This document shows, in pieces, positions 1-6,480 of a stretch of DNA of 25,216 nucleotides; the stretch's first letter is position 1, and each line of letters opens with the position of its first letter. The translations under genes and the position numbers were made by a program. Under the pieces are notes generated by a model that saw only the letters and a list, made by a program, of their open reading frames with translations, was not told the origin of the DNA and made no database searches. The stretch is taken from NCBI GenBank assembly GCA_049472335.1, contig JBLIRO010000072.1:1-25216 (forward strand), read 5' to 3'. The stretch comes from a bacterium (GTDB lineage Bacteria > SZUA-182 > DTGQ01 > JAFGSM01).

Positions 1-20
1 ACCAGTGAAAATAAATGGGG

Positions 21-60
21 AAATAAAAAAGCCCTTGGAAGCAGAAAAGATTTCAAGGGC
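21..60 (-). terminator. Intrinsic terminator downstream of the tandem micro-ORFs
   Basis: Minus strand reads GCCCTTG-AAATCTTTTCTGCTTC-CAAGGGC (7-bp perfect stem, 31-37/54-60), followed immediately by TTTTTTATTT. Confidence 0.75.
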
Positions 61-85
61 TCATTAACACCTATGAGTGAAATTT

Positions 86-145
86 TTAAAACAACTGAAA
101 ATTTGCACTCTCTGGTCCGGCTACAGTTTTTGTCTTAGTCGTAAC
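86..145 (-). pseudogene. Second, diverged micro-peptide copy (V)TTKTKTVAGPESANFQLF*; GTT at the start position, so either degenerate or non-canonically initiated
   Basis: Hand translation aligns with 215-271 (KT..AGP..A.F..F*). SD-like AAGGAAGGCGA lies 5 nt upstream, the same spacing as copy 1. An in-frame TAA directly precedes the GTT, so no upstream start is possible. Confidence 0.5.
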
Positions 146-214
146 TTAAATCGCCTTCCTTATCTGAGGTTAATAAGCAAATACCTCATTAATAGGTGCC
201 CGGAAATTCAGTTT

Positions 215-271
215 CTAAAATACATGAAATGCAGTGAGCGGTCCTGCCTTAATGTTGGTCTTTGCTTTCAT
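215..271 (-). CDS. 18-aa micro-peptide MKAKTNIKAGPLTAFHVF, function unknown (precursor-like)
   Basis: Full-length Shine-Dalgarno AAGGAGGTGA (286-277) 5 nt before ATG. A paralogous copy lies 126 nt downstream and a terminator follows the pair. Confidence 0.7.
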   Translation of the reverse strand: MKAKTNIKAGPLTAFHVF

Positions 272-466
272 TGTCTTCACCTCCTTCTTTCCTTTTCTGA
301 ATTAATAGACGTAAATAAAATTGTTTTTTCCCTTTTATTTAGAGGAACAAATAAATACGAGTGAAAAAATTCAAATCATTATTCATTTGATTCAGCTCTT
401 AGGGAGATGGGGTTATGCCTTGAGGTGTCTGTGTACGAATATTACAGGCTGTTAGCGAAGCTTCGG

Positions 467-1588
467 TCAAGCAAACCACTCTGCTTTTTTTAACAACCAT
501 AAGTAAAACCGGTAGAACATCACACCCAGGTATGCCCCGAATGTATTTAAAATCAGATCCAGCATCTGTGAACTGCGAGAGGGCACCCAGGATTGAGCAA
601 ACTCAATGACAAGACTAATCAGAAAACAGAAAGAAACCGTTATCAGACAGCTATGTTTTTCAAAAAAACCGTTCTTATTCAGCAATATGGCATTTAGCAA
701 AAAGCCTAGGGGTATGAATCCCAGGATATTGAGGAAAATATCAATGAGAAAAGACCGGCCTATCTTGATTCCATTCCATGGCAATCCCAAAACTTCTCTT
801 CGCAAAATATGCATTTTCGATGGCATTTGAAGGTGGTGATTTCCCCCGGCCTGATCAAACGCCAACTCCCCGGATCTCTCATTTAATATATAAAGTGCCT
901 CAGGTTCAGCATCCTTGGCAAAGGAGAAATTTTGCTCTTTAATCCAGCGTTTGAAATGGAATTTGGCATCCTTGGCGGTAAGCTTATGACCATAAATGGC
1001 TAATCCATATATATCACCAATCCAGTAATGATTCCCATATGCGGAATTGCCGAGAATAAGTCGCGCCCTTGCGCTCTCATTAGGCACTTTCAGCAACAGA
1101 TCCTTTTTGGCTCCCGCAAGTTGTCCGTCTATATAAACCTTGGTCCCGCCTTCCCCTGAAGTTATTGTTAAAAATCTTTTTTTTAGGGGCAATAACGCTT
1201 CTCTAACCGCTAATCTTTTGGTTTTCTGTTTGCCGCTATAATCGTTGCCATTCATAAAAATAATAGAAGAATGCCATTGACCGATAAGAAACTGTTTGGA
1301 ATCATCACCGTTATATAATACTAATATAATCTTGAATCTATCGTCATACATAATTGCGGGTTTTAATGCAATCTCCACAGAAAGGCTGCTTGGTATATCA
1401 GAATGGCTTCCAAAAGGGACAAAAGAGGAATCCGTATATGCCATGCTATATTTATCGAAATGAATTCCGGTATGATCATTATTCCATCTGGCATTGTTGG
1501 AGAAATAAAAACCTTTTGGTCTCAGTCCAAAAAAAAGGATTCCTGATAATATAGTGAGAAAAAGGTAAGTTAAAAATCTTTTATTCAT
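467..1588 (-). CDS. Membrane protein with a LamG/ConA-like jelly-roll domain and C-terminal VanZ domain
   Basis: N-terminal TM anchor; LamG-like 'TKVYIDG...LILGN...WIGDIYGLAIY...L'; VanZ-like 'DIFLNILGFIPLGF...SLVIEFAQSWVPSRSSQMLDLILNTFGAYLG'. Confidence 0.85.
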   Translation of the reverse strand: MNKRFLTYLFLTILSGILFFGLRPKGFYFSNNARWNNDHTGIHFDKYSMAYTDSSFVPFGSHSDIPSSLSVEIALKPAIMYDDRFKIILVLYNGDDSKQFLIGQWHSSIIFMNGNDYSGKQKTKRLAVREALLPLKKRFLTITSGEGGTKVYIDGQLAGAKKDLLLKVPNESARARLILGNSAYGNHYWIGDIYGLAIYGHKLTAKDAKFHFKRWIKEQNFSFAKDAEPEALYILNERSGELAFDQAGGNHHLQMPSKMHILRREVLGLPWNGIKIGRSFLIDIFLNILGFIPLGFLLNAILLNKNGFFEKHSCLITVSFCFLISLVIEFAQSWVPSRSSQMLDLILNTFGAYLGVMFYRFYLWLLKKAEWFA

Positions 1589-1855
1589 TTTCTTTTACTT
1601 TCGATTAAATCCCAAATCCATTGGATGATGCTTCAACCCGATTAATTAATATCAAAGCTGTATAAATTTTTCAACAAACAAATGAGCCTTTTCCATTTGC
1701 TCTTTACAGAATTAGGCGGGCATTAGTGTGGATAAATGGAAAGAGTCGGATTTCCGGCCATGACTAATTAAGAAAATGTAACCTTCGCCATTTGACGATA
1801 AAATTCTTAGGAATACTAACGGATTTGATAGCCTAAACTCTCGATATTTATATAC

Positions 1856-2155
1856 ATGAAAAAATCCCATGAAAAAAGTCTAAGAATGGTTTCAGACATC
1901 CGTAATTGTGTAAAACAACTGCCTTTTTTTTATACAATGGCGTTAATAGTTCGTTTATTGATGTGCTGGGTGTTGACAGGATTAACATGGCTTTTGTTGC
2001 TCCCATTTTTTTATTTCATTTTTTCCCCGGCATGCCTGTTCCTTAAAATCTTTAAAAAGGATCCCATGAAAAGGACTTTAAACAGATACGCGGATACATA
2101 TTGGCACGATCGCACACAGGTCATCAACTCCCGGTATTACAGGAGACAGTCTTGA
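1856..2155 (+). CDS. SxtJ-family-like small membrane protein (appears N-terminally short)
   Basis: Hydrophobic segment, then 'FFYFIFSP..L....KDPM.R......TYW..R......Y.RQ' as in SxtJ-like proteins; TGATG overlap with the carbamoyltransferase gene. Confidence 0.65.
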   Translation: MKKSHEKSLRMVSDIRNCVKQLPFFYTMALIVRLLMCWVLTGLTWLLLLPFFYFIFSPACLFLKIFKKDPMKRTLNRYADTYWHDRTQVINSRYYRRQS

Positions 2156-3990
2156 TGAATATTCTTGGGATTAGCGCATATTATCATGACTCGGCAGCAG
2201 CCCTGATCAGGGATGGTGAAATTATATGCGCGGCCCAGGAAGAACGTTTTACCCGGAAAAAACATGATGCCGGTTTGCCACTCAATGCAATCCGATTCTG
2301 CTTAGAAGAAGGGAAAATAGGATCTAATGATCTCCACTCGATAGCCTTTTACGACAAGCCTATCAAAAAATTTAATCGAATTCTGAAGACCTATTTCAGT
2401 ATCGCGCCAAAAGGATTAAAATCATTTATGACGGCTATACCCATTTGGTTAAAACAAAAACTCTGGATCCCTTTGGAAATTAAATCTTCACTGGAGAATA
2501 TGGGGATTCGTTCAAACAGCAATCTATTTTTCCCTGAGCATCATGAATCACATGCCGCAAGCGCCTTTTACCCTTCACCCTACGATCAGGCAGCCATTTT
2601 AACCATCGATGGCGTCGGAGAATGGGCTACAAGCACAATTGGCAAGGGTAAAGGAAACAGGATCCGTATACTGAAAGAAATGCGCTTTCCTCACTCTCTT
2701 GGCTTGCTTTACTCCGCATTTACCTACTTTACAGGTTTTCGTGTAAATTCAGGCGAATATAAGCTAATGGGATTGGCGCCGTATGGGGAACCAAGGTATG
2801 TAGAGCGAATAATGGATAATCTTATAGATTTGAGAGAAGACGGATCATTCCGAATGAATCTTGACTTTTTTGGTTTCCTGGATGGTCTGACTATGACAAA
2901 TGAAAGATTTAACCGGCTCTTTGACGGCCCCCCCAGAAAGCCCGAAACCGAGATCACAGAACGTGAAATGGACATTGCAAGGTCCATTCAGATAGTTACG
3001 GAGGAGATTGTATTGAGAATGGCCCGTTATGCCCATTATTTAACGTATTCGGAAAATTTATGTCTGGCTGGCGGAGTCGCCCTGAATTGCGTATCAAACG
3101 GACGTTTGCTGCGAGAGGGGCCATTTAAGAATATCTGGATTCAGCCGGCGGCAGGTGACGCGGGAGGGGCGCTGGGAGCCGCCCTAATGGTTTGGCATAC
3201 GGTTCAGAATGAAGAAAGGAAAACGATCGGCAAAAATGATAAAATGAAAGGCTCCTATCTTGGACCGGCGTTCAACGATGAAGAGATCGGGTTATATCTT
3301 GAAGAAAAAGGTTATCCCTCACACAGGTTTAAAAATGAGGATGAGTGGGCAAACAGGATCGCTCAACTGATTTATGAACAAAATGTCATCGGATTATTTC
3401 AGGGTCGTATGGAATTCGGCCCGCGCGCACTAGGCAACCGTTCGATCATTGGTGATGCCCGGTCACCCAAAATGCAGTCAATCATGAATCTTAAGATAAA
3501 GTACAGGGAATCGTTCAGACCTTTTGCGCCGTCCTGCCTTGAAGAGCGAGTGAGTGACTTTTTTGAACTGGATCGGGAATCTCCTTATATGCTCCTGGTT
3601 ACAAAAGTCAGGTCAGACCGTTGTAAAGAGATAGACAATACTAAAAAGGGGCTTTCTGCCCTCGAGCGGATCAACCAGGCCAGATCGGATATCCCCGCCA
3701 TTACACATGTGGATTATTCAGCGCGTGTTCAAACAGTCTCTTTGGAAAGAAACCCGAGCTATTACAAAATTATCAAAAATTTTGAAGGACTATCAGGATA
3801 TGGGATTATCATCAATACATCCTTTAATGTGCGAGGAGAACCTATTGTCTGCTCACCTGAAGACGCGTATCGCTGTTTTATGCGAACCGATATGGATTAT
3901 CTGGTCCTTGGATCTTATATTCTCGACAAAAGGGAACAGCCGGAATGGATTGAAAAAACCGACTGGAAAAAGGCCTATGCCCTTGATTAA
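2155..3990 (+). CDS. Carbamoyltransferase, NodU/CmcH/TobZ family; start is ATG 2155 (MNILGISAYYHDS), not 2101
   Basis: Motifs ILGISAYYHDSAA, QEERFTRKKH, EHHESHAASAF, TIDGVGE, GEYKLMGLAPYG, LAGGVALNC, EFGPRALGNRS, RESFRPFAP, NTSFNVRGEPIV. AGGAGA SD at 2141-2146. Confidence 0.95.
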   Translation: MNILGISAYYHDSAAALIRDGEIICAAQEERFTRKKHDAGLPLNAIRFCLEEGKIGSNDLHSIAFYDKPIKKFNRILKTYFSIAPKGLKSFMTAIPIWLKQKLWIPLEIKSSLENMGIRSNSNLFFPEHHESHAASAFYPSPYDQAAILTIDGVGEWATSTIGKGKGNRIRILKEMRFPHSLGLLYSAFTYFTGFRVNSGEYKLMGLAPYGEPRYVERIMDNLIDLREDGSFRMNLDFFGFLDGLTMTNERFNRLFDGPPRKPETEITEREMDIARSIQIVTEEIVLRMARYAHYLTYSENLCLAGGVALNCVSNGRLLREGPFKNIWIQPAAGDAGGALGAALMVWHTVQNEERKTIGKNDKMKGSYLGPAFNDEEIGLYLEEKGYPSHRFKNEDEWANRIAQLIYEQNVIGLFQGRMEFGPRALGNRSIIGDARSPKMQSIMNLKIKYRESFRPFAPSCLEERVSDFFELDRESPYMLLVTKVRSDRCKEIDNTKKGLSALERINQARSDIPAITHVDYSARVQTVSLERNPSYYKIIKNFEGLSGYGIIINTSFNVRGEPIVCSPEDAYRCFMRTDMDYLVLGSYILDKREQPEWIEKTDWKKAYALD

Positions 3991-4022
3991 TTGAAATATT
4001 TTTGATGCCGCATCCCTTTTTA

Positions 4023-5003
4023 TTATGGTTTGAATATCTCAAATTCAGGGGCAGCTATATCCTGTGGCATTTTCTCCCATTGCTTATCACAAAATGATGC
4101 GCGGACCTGATACTGGCCGGAAGGCAAATCTTCAGGAAGCATGAAAGAGATTCCCATCATCTCGCTAATGTCGTTGAACTGCGGGCAATCACTACCAGCC
4201 TCAACTCTAAATGATGGTTTGAAAGCAGCTATCTTTTTTGGACTCCCTTCCTTTTCAACAACCTCCAGAACGAATTCTGGTGATACTCCAATAGGAAAAG
4301 CCGTCATCCTAATGAACCGGAGTGTCATTCGTTCTCCCGGAAGATAAATATCACGATCCGTCACGAGCCTTATCAGCTTATTGTCTTCTGATATGCCCGT
4401 TCCGACGCCTGAAGTTTTCTCATCCCACGAGCGAGCCGGGCCAACGTCCACATGGACGAATTCTGAATGATAATAACCCGCACCTCCGAATTTAAGCCCT
4501 TTGACATAATTCCAGACACGCTCTGACAATACTCCATCGATCTTTATATCAGCGGCCATACCATATTGATGGAGACTGGCCTTTGCGGCAAGTCTGCCTT
4601 TTTTCCGCAGCTTTGTATTATACTCAGGGCTCCTCCAGCCGGATATGATTGTTATTTTCGCTTCCGGACGAAGCTGGTCCCCGAGAAAGTCGAGGAACTC
4701 TATGAGCCTGGGAGATATCGCAGAAATCGACTTGCCATATTCTGCATTAAATACGCGGTGTATACCTTCGAGTGCCTCTTTTTTATAGCTCCCATCCATT
4801 TCACGGTATTTCCCGTTAAACGATGCACCGTTTTTTGCATTTACAAGTTTAATTATCCCGTCCCCGCTATAAAAATATCTGCTGGAAGGGAGTTCAGTTG
4901 CTTCGATCGCAGGAAGATATGTGGCCATTAATAGTAATATCAGTGCGACAACTGCAAAACTCTGAGAAATTATCTTGTTATTGTGATATAATCCCTTAAA
5001 CAT
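4023..5003 (-). CDS. YcbK/DUF882 (MepK-like) M15 Zn-metallopeptidase with a C-terminal beta-rich extension
   Basis: Signal peptide; 'ISGWRSPEYN..LR....A.ASLHQYGMAAD...GYY....FVHVDVG' supplies the H-x6-D and HxD Zn ligands. Confidence 0.88.
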   Translation of the reverse strand: MFKGLYHNNKIISQSFAVVALILLLMATYLPAIEATELPSSRYFYSGDGIIKLVNAKNGASFNGKYREMDGSYKKEALEGIHRVFNAEYGKSISAISPRLIEFLDFLGDQLRPEAKITIISGWRSPEYNTKLRKKGRLAAKASLHQYGMAADIKIDGVLSERVWNYVKGLKFGGAGYYHSEFVHVDVGPARSWDEKTSGVGTGISEDNKLIRLVTDRDIYLPGERMTLRFIRMTAFPIGVSPEFVLEVVEKEGSPKKIAAFKPSFRVEAGSDCPQFNDISEMMGISFMLPEDLPSGQYQVRASFCDKQWEKMPQDIAAPEFEIFKP

Positions 5004-5028
5004 TTAAATTACACTATATTATTTATTA

Positions 5029-5700
5029 TTATAGTCCCAACTCTTTCTTAAATGTATCCATGCCAATCTCGGATATGAAACGACCTAACCTCTTTTTCTT
5101 GTCAAGGTCTTTATAATAAGAGATAATCTTTTCACATAAATCCAGGGCCTCCTGGTCATCAATATCCTGAATCAATAACTGTGCGATCTGCGGAGACGCT
5201 CCGGCACTTCCCCCGACAACCACCCTCCAGCCATTAGGGGCTCCTATGAGCCCTAAATCCTTAATCCATGATTCAGCACAGCAGTTAGGACATCCGGACA
5301 CCCCTATTTTAAACTTAGAAGGAAGAGACATACCATGGTATTTTTCATCCAGTTTCATTCCCATACTTACAGAATCCATCTTTCCCCGTTTGCAGAAGGT
5401 CGTGCCAGGGCAAAATTTGATGCTTCTCACACACAAGCCAATAGCTGCGCCTGCTTTTAAGCCGAGATCTATCCATGCATTTTCAATATCCTTTTCCTGT
5501 ATCCCCACTATTGCAATCCTCTGGGCAGAGGTTAATTTTAAAACCTTGGCCTGGTATTTTTCAGCAACATCCGCAATCTTTCTTAAAGTCGCCGGATCAC
5601 AAATGCCGCCCGGCAGGTGGGGTGCTATAGCATAGGTATTATAGTCTCTTTGAACAATAGCCCCTATTTCCGGCAAATCACCTTTATGTACCTCCATCAT
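5029..5700 (-). CDS. Small nitrite/sulfite reductase-like protein (ferredoxin-like half domain + siroheme/4Fe-4S domain)
   Basis: 'LRKIADVAEKY...KLTSAQRI', 'VRSIKFCPGTTFC' (Cx5C), 'PSKFKIGVSGCPNCC' (Cx3C), 'DLGLIG'. Confidence 0.88.
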   Translation of the reverse strand: MMEVHKGDLPEIGAIVQRDYNTYAIAPHLPGGICDPATLRKIADVAEKYQAKVLKLTSAQRIAIVGIQEKDIENAWIDLGLKAGAAIGLCVRSIKFCPGTTFCKRGKMDSVSMGMKLDEKYHGMSLPSKFKIGVSGCPNCCAESWIKDLGLIGAPNGWRVVVGGSAGASPQIAQLLIQDIDDQEALDLCEKIISYYKDLDKKKRLGRFISEIGMDTFKKELGL

Positions 5701-5778
5701 GCGAAGTCTCCTTTTTTATTGGATTCTGTTTTGACAGTTGAACTGGTTTAAGAGAGTTTTTTTAGCAACCAAACTGTT

Positions 5779-5958
5779 CTAAGAGGATTCTTTAAGGTCC
5801 TTGCGATGAATACCCTTTCCGCATCCTGAACATCTTCCGGATTCCTCATCACTCCAGATCTCCAATTCTTCTCCGCAATTTGGGCATTCAAAAGTCTCAG
5901 GGAATCTTTTTTTAGCTGGATCATCGCCAGGACAATGTGAATCGATAATCTTGCTCAT
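5779..5958 (-). CDS. 59-aa Zn-ribbon protein MSKIIDSHCPGDDPAKKRFPETFECPNCGEELEIWSDEESGRCSGCGKGIHRKDLKESS (below the ORF-track cutoff)
   Basis: AAGGAG SD at 5970-5965; ATG 5958 to TAG 5779; two CxxCG knuckles plus an N-terminal CPG. Confidence 0.85.
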   Translation of the reverse strand: MSKIIDSHCPGDDPAKKRFPETFECPNCGEELEIWSDEESGRCSGCGKGIHRKDLKESS

Positions 5959-6018
5959 TTTCTGCTCCTTTCTTGTAAAGTTTTCATTGATATAATAGCT
6001 TTCAATGATATATTGATT

Positions 6019-6432
6019 TTATTCAGATGGTCCTTTCTTTCTTTTCACCGGTATTTTTACCGAACTCGACATCTGTTTCACCTTTTTGAATAATTGATTC
6101 CAGTCAACGGGTTTAATAAAGTATGCTTCAATATTATATAACCGTACGATATAATCCTCCTTCATTCCTCTAAATCCCGTAAAGATGATAATCGGGATAT
6201 CAGGTTTTATTTTTCGAATCTTCTCTATCAGTTCCAGGCCATGCATATTAGGCATTTTTATATCAGTAACGATCAGGTTCAGATCCGTCGAAGAAATAAG
6301 TTTTAAAGCTAATTCAGGGCTTGAAGCCGTTATTATCTTAATAAGATCTTCTTTGAAAAACATCCTCTCAATTGTAGCTAAAATATCCTCTGAATCATCT
6401 ACAAACAAAACTTTATATTTAGACTTTGTAAT
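6019..6432 (-). CDS. Stand-alone response regulator receiver (CheY-like); start probably ATT 6432 rather than TTG 6408
   Basis: KVLFVDD...IVTDIKMPNMHG...IIIFTG...YFIKP: acidic pocket, phospho-Asp, Thr and Lys all present. The beta1 strand begins upstream of the TTG, and AAAAAGGGGG lies 8 nt before the in-frame ATT. Confidence 0.85.
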   Translation of the reverse strand: MTKSKYKVLFVDDSEDILATIERMFFKEDLIKIITASSPELALKLISSTDLNLIVTDIKMPNMHGLELIEKIRKIKPDIPIIIFTGFRGMKEDYIVRLYNIEAYFIKPVDWNQLFKKVKQMSSSVKIPVKRKKGPSE

Positions 6433-6480
6433 TTCCGGTTCCCCCTTTTTAAGGTCAAGATATCTCTCAATATAAAACTG

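Noticed and set aside
77..364. 95-aa plus-strand ORF in the track
   Set aside because: No SD or recognisable motif; antisense to the micro-ORFs, which have a perfect SD, a paralog and a matching terminator.
467..1588. Glycopeptide resistance locus
   Set aside because: VanZ-like domains are widespread; no vanHAX or vanRS is present.
2101..2154. TTG-started N-terminal extension of the carbamoyltransferase
   Set aside because: It overlaps the SxtJ-like gene; the family N-terminus and SD indicate ATG 2155.
1856..3990. Saxitoxin cluster (sxtI/sxtJ similarity)
   Set aside because: These families are widespread and no sxtA, sxtG or other toxin genes are present.
4004..4021. GATG-CCG-CATC hairpin between convergent genes
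   Set aside because: A 4-bp stem is too weak to call a terminator.
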